A DNA stretch of 64,000 nt, from the NCBI GenBank assembly GCA_030753015.1, contig JASMDC010000015.1, positions 12,769 to 76,768 of the forward strand. Reading direction: 5' to 3'. The DNA is from Candidatus Undinarchaeales archaeon (GTDB taxonomy: Archaea > SpSt-1190 > JASMDC01). Below, piece by piece: positions 1 to 9,684 of the stretch; positions within the stretch are counted from its first letter, which is position 1; each line of letters opens with the position of its first letter. The notes under the pieces are model-generated. The model was not told the origin of the DNA and ran no database searches. It saw only the letters and a program-made list of their open reading frames with translations. The translations under genes and the position numbers were made by a program.

Positions 1-1486
1 GTACCACATCTGCTACCTCGTCGAAGCGCTCATATCGATGGTAGACTTCACCGGGTTCGACGAGAGATACGCGGGTCCCGGGCACCCGGCGTACCATCCC
101 CGGATCATCCTGAAGCTGCTCGTGATGGGTGTCCTGGACAGGGTGCGCTCCTCGCGCAAGCTGGCCAGAAACGCTCGAGAGAACGTCGTCTACATGTACC
201 TCGCGGAGAAGCTGACGCCGGACTTCCGTACCATCAGCGACTTCCGCAAACAGAACGAGGAGCTCGTGAAGCAGCTCTTCAAGCACACGGTGGCGCTCGC
301 CAAACAAGAAGGGATGCTCGACCTTACACAGCTCGCGACGGACGGGACCAAGATCAAGGCCAACGCGGCCAACATGCGTTCGCTCACCCGGCAGGAGCTC
401 GAGTTCATGACACGGTTCGTCGACGAGGAGCTCGATGAGTGGGCCAAACAGGACCAGCTAGAGGACGAGGCGTTCGGCAGCCTGAGGGGATACGACCAGC
501 TCCCGGGCAAGGGCAAGCAGAAGATGCGGTCCGCAGTGCGGCACTATGTGAAGCAGACCAGGGAGAAGGGCGACTCGTTCGAGGAGGCGGCTTCCCGGAA
601 GCTGGAGGAAGCACGCCAGGAGATGGAGCGGCACGGCGTCGACAAAGTGAGCACGACGGACACCGACTGCCGCTTCATGAAGTCCAAGAAGGGGAAGATG
701 GAGTTCTCGTACAACCCCCAGGTCACGACGGACGGGAACGGCTTCATCCTCGCCTCTGACGTGTGCCAGAACAAGAACGATAAAAAACAACTACAGCCCC
801 AGGTGCTTCAGGCGGAAGAGAACCTCGGCCGGATACCCGAAGGAACGCCATGGAACTTCGACACAGGCTACTTCAGCGGTGACAACCTGGCCTTCCTCAA
901 GGAGAAGAAGATCAACGCGTACGTCGCAACAGAAAAGCCGAACCAAAACCCGTTCAGCGCCGACAAGTTCATCTACGACCCGGAGAAGAACGAATACACG
1001 TGTCCCGGGGGACACGTCATGAGATTCCTCAGCGAAAGACATGAGAATACCAGTGGCTATAGGTACAGTATCTACAAGTCCGATAGCTGCCACACGTGCC
1101 CGCACCAGGGATCATGCACAAAACAAAAGAAAGGTATCCGTTATCTTAAGATCTATCCGCACCCCGAGCTCAGGAAGGAGATGATCGACAAGATGCATAC
1201 CAAGAAGGCGAAGAAGACATACCGTCGGCGCAAGGAGACCGTCGAACCGGCGATAGGATGCATCAAATACAACCAGGGGCTCAATGAGTTCCTCACGAGG
1301 GGCCTTGGAACGGTGAGAACGGAGTTCAGGCTGGCCTGTACGGCCCTCAACATCAAGAAGCTGTGGTTGCGAACGCGGGGAAGGGTGACGGATGTGGTCG
1401 GAGTCGCCCCTGTGTCTGTAGACCCGTGTTAAGGGTCCTCTTTCACATCAATAGATTGGTGTATGGCATCGAATTGTCGGACAGCC
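1..1486 (+). mobile_element. IS1182-family insertion sequence, left part outside the window
   Basis: Transposase ORF is open from base 2. GAATTGTCGGACAGCC at 1471-1486 resembles IS1182-type terminal repeats. The left end is not visible, so IR pairing and TSD cannot be checked. Confidence 0.75.
2..1432 (+). CDS. IS1182-family DDE transposase (5' partial)
   Basis: N-terminal YHPRIILKLL..SSRKLA..PDFRTISDFR (DUF772-like), DGTKIKANA, DTGY, Cys-rich insertion, RRKETVEPAIG..K C-terminal motif. The reading frame continues upstream of the ATG at 38 (YHICYLVEALIS). Confidence 0.93.
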   Translation, partial: YHICYLVEALISMVDFTGFDERYAGPGHPAYHPRIILKLLVMGVLDRVRSSRKLARNARENVVYMYLAEKLTPDFRTISDFRKQNEELVKQLFKHTVALAKQEGMLDLTQLATDGTKIKANAANMRSLTRQELEFMTRFVDEELDEWAKQDQLEDEAFGSLRGYDQLPGKGKQKMRSAVRHYVKQTREKGDSFEEAASRKLEEARQEMERHGVDKVSTTDTDCRFMKSKKGKMEFSYNPQVTTDGNGFILASDVCQNKNDKKQLQPQVLQAEENLGRIPEGTPWNFDTGYFSGDNLAFLKEKKINAYVATEKPNQNPFSADKFIYDPEKNEYTCPGGHVMRFLSERHENTSGYRYSIYKSDSCHTCPHQGSCTKQKKGIRYLKIYPHPELRKEMIDKMHTKKAKKTYRRRKETVEPAIGCIKYNQGLNEFLTRGLGTVRTEFRLACTALNIKKLWLRTRGRVTDVVGVAPVSVDPC

Positions 1487-1506
1487 TGTTTAGCCTCAGG
1501 AGGATG

Positions 1507-2199
1507 TCACACATCTTGCGCCCGGTCGGCGAGCGCTCTCTCGAGCACCGAGGCCGGGAACGGTCGTCCGTGCCCGGGGTGGACCGTCTCTGCGTGCAGG
1601 TCCAGCAGACGGGACCAGGAATGGTACACCTGTCCGACGTCCTCGGCGAACACGGGCATGCCCGGCCCCCGCCGCATAGGGAGGCCGTTCATCGCGAGGT
1701 CCCCCACAATTGCGTCGCCGCTCTCCAGCACCACCGAGACGGAACCGTGGGTATGGCCGGGTGTATGGACTACCCTGCCCGCAACACCCCAGCGGGCGAG
1801 GCCGGTGCGCTCTCCCAGGACGACGTCCACCTCGGGCCAGGTGAGGGGTCCGAACGCACGCGCGGGAGCGAGCAGGATGCGCAGGAGCGAGCCCCAGGCA
1901 GAGGTCCCCGGCGGTAACGGCGAAGCCTCCGGGAGAGTGGCGGCCGCCCGCTCGTGCATGGCGACGTCGCACCCAGTGGCCTTCACGACAGCGTCGGCGC
2001 AGCCACCGTGGTCGAAATGAGCGTGGGTGATGATAAGGAGGTCGAGGGGCCGACCATCGAGGGCCCGGATCAGCGCCGAGATGAACCGTCGTGCCACAAC
2101 CGACATGCCAGCATCGACCAGCACGGTGCCCTTGTCCAGAACGAGGTGAGCGGTGGTGAACGCCATGGTGAGGGGGATGATGCGGACCGTGGCGCTCAC
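1507..2199 (-). CDS. MBL-fold metallo-hydrolase
   Basis: VDAG, THAHFDH, HTPGHT, GD and PGHG motifs. Confidence 0.9.
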   Translation of the reverse strand: MSATVRIIPLTMAFTTAHLVLDKGTVLVDAGMSVVARRFISALIRALDGRPLDLLIITHAHFDHGGCADAVVKATGCDVAMHERAAATLPEASPLPPGTSAWGSLLRILLAPARAFGPLTWPEVDVVLGERTGLARWGVAGRVVHTPGHTHGSVSVVLESGDAIVGDLAMNGLPMRRGPGMPVFAEDVGQVYHSWSRLLDLHAETVHPGHGRPFPASVLERALADRAQDV

Positions 2200-3821
2200 C
2201 CCTCGCGCGCAAGGAAGAGGAAGGCGGTCTGGCCGTTGGGGAAGGTGACGTTCTTACGGACCACAAGCCCCAGATCATCGAACCTGCACGCTTCGTCCAG
2301 CTGCCAGCCCTGGAGGTACACCATGTAGAGCACACCTGGCCGGCCGCCGTCCTGGCGGTAGGTACAGGGTGCCGTGATGCGGTAGGGGGTGCCCTCCCAG
2401 CTCTTGCGCTGGGTCATGACCGGATCGCGGGCGGTCCAGAACTGGAGGAACTTGTCGGTGCGCCGGATGTTGTCGGGGATGCGGACCTCGTCCCACGAGC
2501 CCTCCTCATCGCGCAGGTAGTCCCTGACCTCGTCCCACCCCGTGTCCCAGTAGTAGTTGACACTGGGATCTGCGGGGTAGACCGTGAAGTAGTACCCCAG
2601 GTAGTAGCCGACCAGAAGGCAGGACACAGCCAGGAACGGCAGCTTGAGCCCGATGTCCCTGAGCACAGGCTCGAGACGCGTCCATCCTATGGCCGCCGCA
2701 AGCTGGACGAAGGGCAATGCTACGGTGGTCCGTATGGAGTTGGGGATGCGGTCGATGGTGAGGCTCGCGGCCACGGGGACGAGCAGGAGCCCCCAGAGGA
2801 GTATGATGTGGACCGGGCGCCGCGCTCGTGCCATGTGCACGATGCCGGCCAGGAGAAGGAGCCCCTCGAAGAGGTGGAGCTTGCCCACAACCCGTGTCGT
2901 GTACCGCACCTGGGTGTCACCGCGGAGGAGGAGAAAGTCGGGGTGCAGGTGGGCGAGGTAGTTCTGTACGAACTGGAGGGTGTAGAGCACCGTGGGGCTC
3001 TCGATGCCCATGTCTGAGTATCGCGAGCGCTGCCACATGAGCACGTCCTCGGTGAAGATGGACACGAGCTTGAAGCGGGCATTGGCCGCCTCGGGCATGG
3101 TGACGTAGGTGGATGCCAGGGGCGCGACCAGGACGGCGAACACCACGAGCGCGAGTAGGACGTCGTTCAGACGGGCCCGCACCAGGTCCCGTCGTACGAA
3201 GAGCACACCGGCAAAGAACGTCGGGATGAAGAACCGCGGGATCGCGTACGCATAGAGCGCCAGCGCCAGGGGGAGCGGTGCGGCCAGCATCGCTCGCCTG
3301 CGTCCCCGCAGCCCCGCCTCCAGCAGGTACCAACCCAGGGCGATGAAGAGCGGCACGGGCACAGGATCCCAGGCCACCCTGCTCAGGTGGTGGTGCCAGG
3401 GGGAGACCGCCAGCATCAGTGCTGCCGCGAGCCCGGCCTGTCGGCCTGCAAGCGCCCTGCCGAGCACGAACGCGGCCCCCACGCCCAGGGTGCCGAACAC
3501 GACCGCCGGGAACCGCACGCCCCAGGGGCCGAGCCCGAAGAGCATCAGCGAGGGTATGGTTGCGTAGATGTATAGCGGGTTCTTGTACTCGCCCAGGGAG
3601 AGGAAGAGGATGGGGTACGGCTCGTTGTGCATGTCCTCGCCCGTGAGCAGGAGCGAATAGGCGTCGTAGCCGATGGACAGCTCGTCAGGGATGAGACCGG
3701 GGGGCACCGATGTGAGCCAGACGATGCGCAGCAGCAAGGCCAGCGCCATCACCGCGGCAACGTCGCGGGAGGGTGTGAACGCCCGGAGGATTGAGGACCC
3801 TTTTCCCTGCCCGGAGCCCAT
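2196..3821 (-). CDS. GT-C glycosyltransferase (family 39, ArnT/PMT-like)
   Basis: PPGLIPDE..GYDAYSLLLTGED first loop, multiple TM helices. Start placed at the ATG at 3821, just downstream of a TATA-like element. Confidence 0.85.
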   Translation of the reverse strand: MGSGQGKGSSILRAFTPSRDVAAVMALALLLRIVWLTSVPPGLIPDELSIGYDAYSLLLTGEDMHNEPYPILFLSLGEYKNPLYIYATIPSLMLFGLGPWGVRFPAVVFGTLGVGAAFVLGRALAGRQAGLAAALMLAVSPWHHHLSRVAWDPVPVPLFIALGWYLLEAGLRGRRRAMLAAPLPLALALYAYAIPRFFIPTFFAGVLFVRRDLVRARLNDVLLALVVFAVLVAPLASTYVTMPEAANARFKLVSIFTEDVLMWQRSRYSDMGIESPTVLYTLQFVQNYLAHLHPDFLLLRGDTQVRYTTRVVGKLHLFEGLLLLAGIVHMARARRPVHIILLWGLLLVPVAASLTIDRIPNSIRTTVALPFVQLAAAIGWTRLEPVLRDIGLKLPFLAVSCLLVGYYLGYYFTVYPADPSVNYYWDTGWDEVRDYLRDEEGSWDEVRIPDNIRRTDKFLQFWTARDPVMTQRKSWEGTPYRITAPCTYRQDGGRPGVLYMVYLQGWQLDEACRFDDLGLVVRKNVTFPNGQTAFLFLAREG

Positions 3822-3842
3822 GGCACACGGAGGACCGCGACC

Positions 3843-3852
3843 TTTCTTAAAG
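3843..3852. promoter_or_regulatory. Putative bidirectional TATA element
   Basis: TTTCTTAAAG lies about 22-30 nt from both divergent ATGs (3821 minus, 3874 plus), the spacing expected for leaderless archaeal transcripts. Confidence 0.45.
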
Positions 3853-3873
3853 ATGACGCGACCACCGGCCCTT

Positions 3874-4224
3874 ATGGACGAGGAGGAGATGCCCCAGGTG
3901 GTGTTCAAGGAGCGGGAGGGATATCGGACGGTGAACGTCAACGGCGTGTTCGGCGGCCCGCGGCCAGGATTCTTCGAGGTGATCGTGTTCTCGGAGGAGA
4001 CCGATCCTACCGAGGCGTTCGGCACGGCCGCCATCGATCCGGGACAAGCGGTGTTCAGGCGCACGGCCGAGGTACGGTTGGTAATCGATCCCTACCAGGC
4101 CAAGAGCATCGCCGCGTGGCTTTCTCGTAACGTGGAGGAGTACGAGCGCACGTTCGGCCCCATCACGGGACCGAGCGGCTCGAGCCCACGGGAGCACGAC
4201 AGCGCCGACACCATGTTCCGGTGA
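3874..4224 (+). CDS. Conserved hypothetical protein (DUF3467-like)
   Basis: YRTVNVNGVFGG..EVRLVIDPYQAKSIAAWL..YERTFG pattern; host-like codon usage. Confidence 0.65.
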   Translation: MDEEEMPQVVFKEREGYRTVNVNGVFGGPRPGFFEVIVFSEETDPTEAFGTAAIDPGQAVFRRTAEVRLVIDPYQAKSIAAWLSRNVEEYERTFGPITGPSGSSPREHDSADTMFR

Positions 4225-4279
4225 CCGGGGCCGCTCCTGGGCCAGCTTTAAGAACCTTCACGTGCTATGGGAGTGTACC

Positions 4280-4834
4280 ATGTCGACCTTCTGCGAGTAC
4301 GAGTTCCAGTGCGAGTGCGGTGCCACCTTCAAGGCGAAACTGTGGGAGAGCGTCAACGTCACCAAGGACCCGGACCTGCGCCAGCTCGTGCTCGACGGCC
4401 AGCTGAACGTGGTCACATGCCCGGAGTGCCAGGTCGCGGAGCGCATCGAAAAGGTGTTCCTCTACCACGACATGGAGCGCGGTATCCTGGCGTTCGTCTA
4501 CCCGGAGGGCAAGGGGGAGGAATGGAAGTCCAAGGACGAGGACGCCATCAAGCAGGTCACGGAGTTCCTCGAGAGCCTCAGGGGCGAGGATGGCGTGTCC
4601 TCCGAGGTAAAGGTCGTGTTCGGGCTGGAGGCGTTGCGCGAGCTCGTGGCTGCCCAGGGCAACGAGCCGACCGGGGCCGCGGACAGGAAACCGATCGCAG
4701 CGCACGCCCGAGCGGTGTGCGGCTGCGGCTGCCAGGACGATGCGGAGGAGAAGCCCAAGAAGAAAGCGAAGAAGAAATCCGCGCCGAAGAAGAAGCCCGC
4801 GAAAGCGAAGAAAGGGGCCAAGAAGAAGGCCTGA
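4280..4834 (+). CDS. CpXC-domain Zn-binding protein with a Lys/Ala-rich tail
   Basis: CECG..WESVNVTKDPDL..CPEC..FLYHD matches the CpXC pattern; C-terminal PKKKAKKKSAPKKKPAKAKKGAKKKA. Confidence 0.8.
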   Translation: MSTFCEYEFQCECGATFKAKLWESVNVTKDPDLRQLVLDGQLNVVTCPECQVAERIEKVFLYHDMERGILAFVYPEGKGEEWKSKDEDAIKQVTEFLESLRGEDGVSSEVKVVFGLEALRELVAAQGNEPTGAADRKPIAAHARAVCGCGCQDDAEEKPKKKAKKKSAPKKKPAKAKKGAKKKA

Positions 4835-4885
4835 GCCTGCAGGCCTGACAGTACATTTAAATAACTCAGTCACACAGCATGCTCC

Positions 4886-5419
4886 ATGGCGGACGACGAG
4901 CCCTCTGGTCTCGACGCACTGGAGGCACAGATCACCTCCTACACCGACCACAAATACTTCATCCCCGTGGCCCTGGTGGCGATCCTGGTGCTCTACGGAG
5001 CAAGCCTTGCATCCTACACGGGGTTGTGCGAGGTGGCCGGGATGACCGAGGCGATCTCGATCTTCGAACCGACCTCCATGCCCGAGAACTCCGCCTGCAA
5101 GTACGCGATCAAGCCCCTGCTCATCCTCACCGGCCTGCTGCTGGTGTTCGTGGTGCCCGGGTACGCCTGGACCATCGGACTGTTCGACGACGAGGAGATC
5201 GACGCCATCGAGCGGTTCACCATCGCGTTCGCGGTGTCCATCGCCCTGGTGGTGCTGTCCATCATCTACCTGAACATGCTGATGGGCATCAAGATAACCC
5301 GGCTCACCGTTATCGGTGACATCACCCTCATCACGCTGCTGGGCCTTGCCTACTGGGGCTGGAAGCGCGAGGGCTGGTTCGGCGGGAAGGTGCCGGCGGC
5401 AAAGGCCGCGAGCGACTGA
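4886..5419 (+). CDS. Membrane protein (DUF1616-like)
   Basis: LVFVVPGYAW..LF..EIDAIERFTIAFAVSIAL; about 4 TM segments. Confidence 0.7.
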   Translation: MADDEPSGLDALEAQITSYTDHKYFIPVALVAILVLYGASLASYTGLCEVAGMTEAISIFEPTSMPENSACKYAIKPLLILTGLLLVFVVPGYAWTIGLFDDEEIDAIERFTIAFAVSIALVVLSIIYLNMLMGIKITRLTVIGDITLITLLGLAYWGWKREGWFGGKVPAAKAASD

Positions 5420-5468
5420 ACCCGTTCTTCGGATACGGGATGTCTAATCTACTCCTGTAGGTTTGTCC

Positions 5469-5666
5469 CTATTCGCCCACTGTCGAATCGATCCAGTCGG
5501 AGCTGGGGTTCATGTTCGTGAGGGTTCCGTCGTTGCTGTCCCTGGAATCGCTCGCCGTGGACCCTGAGCCATCGTCGAGCTTGAGTAAATACGTGATGGG
5601 GAAAGAGGAGCTGTTCCTCCGACGGAGCGTCAACTCAAGCGGTCCAGATTGAGGCCGGGAGCGCAC
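5469..5666 (-). pseudogene. LamG/concanavalin-like domain fragment
   Basis: YLLKLDDGSGSTASDS..NDGTLTNM...W resembles the start of a LamG domain; only about 35 recognisable codons. Confidence 0.5.
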
Positions 5667-5675
5667 TACCTACGG

Positions 5676-8600
5676 CTAATCGTTGTCGCTGATGTTCGCA
5701 GTCACGTCGTCCGGGTTCAAGGTGTTGTAGTCTCCATCACTACTGGAGGCAGCTCCATTAGTGATCAGGACCGTGTGCGGGTTCACCTCGACGACACCGT
5801 CGTCCACGGCAGTCACCGTCACCGTCTGCGGCGTGTTCCAGGGGTTCGGGGCCCCCGGATTGAACGTCACCGAGGACGGGTCTACGGTCGCGCCTTCGGT
5901 CTCGTCGGCCGAGGAGATGGCGATCGTGACGTCATCCGTCGGTTTACTGGTGAGGACGATCGTATAGGTGTCCGAAGTCGCACTTTCCTCGTTCACGTCG
6001 GTCGAGCCGCCCGACTCGGCTACCGTGATGCTGGCATCTTCGTCATCGGTAATCGTTGCGGTCACCTGCTGAGTACCGCTCTCGGCGGCGTTCGCTGCCG
6101 GGCCCACGGTGTCTATGTCCACGATGACCGTCTCGACATCGTCATCGTAATCGTCGTTGACACCAGTGATGGTGACCGAGTTGGACGTGGTCTGGCCCGC
6201 TGAGATGGTCAGGCTCGTGCCCGAGCGGGTGTAGTCGTCCGAGAGGGTCGCCGTCCCGGAGAACGCCAGTGTTATCGTGACCTCGGCCGCTACCTCCGTG
6301 TTCGCGGACGCGCTCACTGTAGCCGTGCCTCCGTCCTCCGCCAGCGGGGAACCCGAGAGGCTGAGGGTGATGGCAGCTACGTCGTCGTCGGTGACGCTGA
6401 CCGATACGCTGCCAAGGGCATAGCCGTTGTAGTCGCTGTTGGAGCTCGTTACGGTATGGGTGATAGTGCTTATCTCGGGCGACGTCTCGTCGTCCGAGTC
6501 GTCCTCCGCCGTTACGGTCACGATCTGCGTCGAGTCCCAGTCACCCGAGTCGAAGCTGAGGGCCGTCATGGACTGGAGGTCGGCGTCGTTACCGATGGTC
6601 ACGGTGACGGTCGTGTTGGGATCGCTCCCGAGGACCACGGTGTAGCTGTCGGTGGCCCCGCCCTCGGTGACGGCCGTAGAGCCGCCGGACTCGGTGAGCG
6701 TCATACTAGCGGTATCGTCGTCGGTGATGGTCACACCCACCCCAACGAAGCCCGAACTGTACTTGGAATCGGTGCTGGAGAAACTGTTCCAGATGTAATG
6801 CTGGTGCGTCGCCGCCTCGTCGACATCATCGTCGGTGGCCGTAACGGTCACCTGCTGGCTCACGTTCCAGTTGCCCGATGTGAACGTCAGCTGGCTCATG
6901 GCCTCGTACTGCTCGTCGAAGTCGACGATGGTGATGGTCACGGTCTCGACGGGCTCGCTGGTGAGCAGGATATCGTAGTATCCGTCGCCCGTCTGTCCCT
7001 CGGCAACGTCCGTATCGGTGTCGGGCACGCTCGTGCCCGCCGAGTCGTCATCGGTGATGCTGACCGACACGGACGAGAGCGACATACCACTGTACTTGCT
7101 GTCGGTGCTTGCCACGCTGTGCGAGACCGTCCCGGTGTGCGGGTCGGTCGTCTCGTCGATGTAGTCCTTGAACGCCGTGACCGTGACGGTCTGCGTCGAG
7201 TCCCAGTCGCCGTCGGTGAAGGTCAGGCTGCTCTTGTCGGTGTACGCCTCGGTGTCATCGGTGACCGTGACGACGACATCGTAATACGGCTTGGTATCGA
7301 GCACGACAGTGTAGGTGTCGGTATCGGTGGTGCCGTCCTCGGTGACCGCGGTGGACCCGCCGGACTCTGTGAGCGTGATGCCCGAGACGTCCTCGTCATA
7401 GACCTCGGGATTGATCTGGCGCGACTGGCCGTCATATAGGGTATCGCTGCTCGCAGCGGTGTGTGTGATATGACCGTAGTGCAGTCCGTCCCCGGTCGCC
7501 TCGTCATAGTCGTCATCGACCACAGAGAAGCTCACGGTCTGGTAGTCGTCCCAGTTGCCGCCGCCGCCGCCGGTGAAGATGAGCGTCGTTGAGCTCGTGA
7601 TGCTGAGCTCGGAGTGGTGGTCGACGGTCTCTGCGAGCGTGACCGTGACCGTGTCGGTGGGATCGCTGTTCATCTTGACCTTATAGGTCGTGCTCTGCGC
7701 CTGGCCCGGCACCTCGAAGACAACAGGCGTGCTGTTGTCGATGACGATGCTCGAGGAGTCGTCGTCGGTGATCGTGACCGTCGCTGACTGTCCCGCCTGG
7801 TTGTAGGCGATGTTGGAGACGCTCTGTATAGTCGCGATGACCGTCTCATCGTCCTCGTCCACCCGGTCGTGTGTGGAGGTGACGGTGATGTTCCGCTCGA
7901 GGTCGCCCTGCGGGATGGTCACCTCGTAGGCATCGAGGCTGTAGTCGGTGCCATCTATGGCAGTACCACTGATCGTGTATACGACATGAACGTCCAGGTC
8001 GTTGTGCCCGGAGAGACGCGCGGTGATCGTGGACGTGCCGGCGTCCTCTTCGACGGCCCCGGCGGAGACGATGAGGCTGATCGACTCTGGGTCCTGGCCG
8101 CCTTCGATCTTGCCCGAGCAGATGGCCGTCTCTGCGTGGTCGCCGATGGCGTTGAACACGTCGAAGGTGACCTTGACCTTTGCACGATACCCATTGCCGT
8201 GGTGGAGGTCAACCATCCCGGCGCCCACGTCCTCGATGGAAAGTGTGCTGATCTCGCCCTCGGACACGTTCTGTTCGAGACAGCCGCTGGTCGTGTCGCC
8301 CCCAGTGTTGTAGTAGTCGCAGTTGTAGCCGCGCTCCGTCCATGTCACGTGCACGCCTTCAGGGTACTCTACGTCGACGTTGCGAACGCGTATGGACATA
8401 CCTCCACCGTTCTGGATACGGAGCTTGAAAGAGCTGTCACGGTCATCCGCGTCAGGATTGTCGACGGTGATGTCCCAGATGCCCGTCGTCCCCGTGGCAC
8501 GGAACTGGTGGTCGCGGTAGTGCATCTTCTCGAATCCCACACATCCGGTCTTGCGGTACGTGGACGGATTGATGATGCCCGCCGAGTAGAGCGCGGCTCC

Positions 8601-8690
8601 CGCGATGACGATGATGATGAACATCCACCCGTAGCTCATCAGGAACTCAAGGGAGGCCTGTGCACGTTTTGTCACAGTAAATATAACCAT
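5676..8690 (-). CDS. Class III signal-peptide (type IV pilin-like) adhesin with 7 Calx-beta/cadherin-like repeats
   Basis: KRAQASLEFLMSYGW plus a hydrophobic helix, then about 115-aa acidic repeats ending (V/I)TDDD/YDED/SDND with LTF..W...Q.VTVTA.DD..DE motifs. Confidence 0.85.
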   Translation of the reverse strand: MVIFTVTKRAQASLEFLMSYGWMFIIIVIAGAALYSAGIINPSTYRKTGCVGFEKMHYRDHQFRATGTTGIWDITVDNPDADDRDSSFKLRIQNGGGMSIRVRNVDVEYPEGVHVTWTERGYNCDYYNTGGDTTSGCLEQNVSEGEISTLSIEDVGAGMVDLHHGNGYRAKVKVTFDVFNAIGDHAETAICSGKIEGGQDPESISLIVSAGAVEEDAGTSTITARLSGHNDLDVHVVYTISGTAIDGTDYSLDAYEVTIPQGDLERNITVTSTHDRVDEDDETVIATIQSVSNIAYNQAGQSATVTITDDDSSSIVIDNSTPVVFEVPGQAQSTTYKVKMNSDPTDTVTVTLAETVDHHSELSITSSTTLIFTGGGGGNWDDYQTVSFSVVDDDYDEATGDGLHYGHITHTAASSDTLYDGQSRQINPEVYDEDVSGITLTESGGSTAVTEDGTTDTDTYTVVLDTKPYYDVVVTVTDDTEAYTDKSSLTFTDGDWDSTQTVTVTAFKDYIDETTDPHTGTVSHSVASTDSKYSGMSLSSVSVSITDDDSAGTSVPDTDTDVAEGQTGDGYYDILLTSEPVETVTITIVDFDEQYEAMSQLTFTSGNWNVSQQVTVTATDDDVDEAATHQHYIWNSFSSTDSKYSSGFVGVGVTITDDDTASMTLTESGGSTAVTEGGATDSYTVVLGSDPNTTVTVTIGNDADLQSMTALSFDSGDWDSTQIVTVTAEDDSDDETSPEISTITHTVTSSNSDYNGYALGSVSVSVTDDDVAAITLSLSGSPLAEDGGTATVSASANTEVAAEVTITLAFSGTATLSDDYTRSGTSLTISAGQTTSNSVTITGVNDDYDDDVETVIVDIDTVGPAANAAESGTQQVTATITDDEDASITVAESGGSTDVNEESATSDTYTIVLTSKPTDDVTIAISSADETEGATVDPSSVTFNPGAPNPWNTPQTVTVTAVDDGVVEVNPHTVLITNGAASSSDGDYNTLNPDDVTANISDND

Positions 8691-8776
8691 TGTTATATCA
8701 CGCGATATTATAGAGTTCTTCACGATATAAAACCTTTACCTGAAACGAACGCGCAACCGTCGCGCAACAATGAGAT

Positions 8777-9610
8777 TCACTCGTCGTAGATGTAGACAGA
8801 GTCAGGATAGTGCCGGATGGCACCCTTGGTCCACCGGTTCTGGACCTCGGCCTCGATGATCGAGTTCGCGACGTCCATGGGGACGTGTGCCTTTAGCAGG
8901 CCAAGGGGCGTGTTGAGCCCCAGCGGACGGTTGGGGATAATGTGGCGGGTGGTGTCGGACGGGAGCGGCGTCCGCGCCAGCGCCATGCGCACGACCTCTT
9001 CCTTGGAGATGACCGGGCGTCGGCACAGGCAGGCGATGTCCTCGTCCCGCTCGAACACGTCCAGGCAGTAGTCGTTGGACACGGGCCGATGAGCGATCTC
9101 CCTGTCACGGATCTCGGCCATGAAAGCGCGGTCGAACACGGCCCACTGCTCCACCGAGAAATCCTTGCAGGGGAACAGAAAGGCACCCTCGCCCTTGCGG
9201 AACGCGCAGCCGAAGTACGCCTGCCGTGTCGTCAGAGCGTGGGCCGCGTCCCAGAAGTCCCTCTGCTCGGGCTTGCGTCCGCACACCTTCTTGATGATGT
9301 CCAGCAGCTCTTCCCGCTCCACGGAGAAGAACACCTGCGACCAGCCGAACAGCTCGATGGAGGCATCGGTATAGTCGACGAGCGATGCTACCACGCTCAC
9401 GCACCCCAGCTCGCGCATAGCCTCGGCACGGTGGATGCCGTCGATGGCGATGTATTGCTCTCCGTCCTTGGTGGGGAAGACGATGATCGGATTCTTCTGG
9501 ACGCCGTCCGACTCTATAATGCTGGCCAGGCTCTGTACCTTATCGGGGATGATCGCCTCGTGGAGCAGCACCGAGTCGATGGGGATGACGTGGAGCGTGG
9601 GGAGTTCCAC
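8777..9610 (-). CDS. serK: SerK-like free serine kinase (ParB/Srx N-terminal fold)
   Basis: LLHE, NPII, IDGIHR, VDY..W and C-terminal KEEV..P..TTRH.IP motifs match the Thermococcus SerK architecture. Confidence 0.7.
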   Translation of the reverse strand: MELPTLHVIPIDSVLLHEAIIPDKVQSLASIIESDGVQKNPIIVFPTKDGEQYIAIDGIHRAEAMRELGCVSVVASLVDYTDASIELFGWSQVFFSVEREELLDIIKKVCGRKPEQRDFWDAAHALTTRQAYFGCAFRKGEGAFLFPCKDFSVEQWAVFDRAFMAEIRDREIAHRPVSNDYCLDVFERDEDIACLCRRPVISKEEVVRMALARTPLPSDTTRHIIPNRPLGLNTPLGLLKAHVPMDVANSIIEAEVQNRWTKGAIRHYPDSVYIYDE

Positions 9611-9684
9611 GGACTGTCAATAAGGAGCGAGCTTTTTATGGCTTATCTCTTTGCGTGGGCAGGCACAGCACGTGGGCGTGCGGT

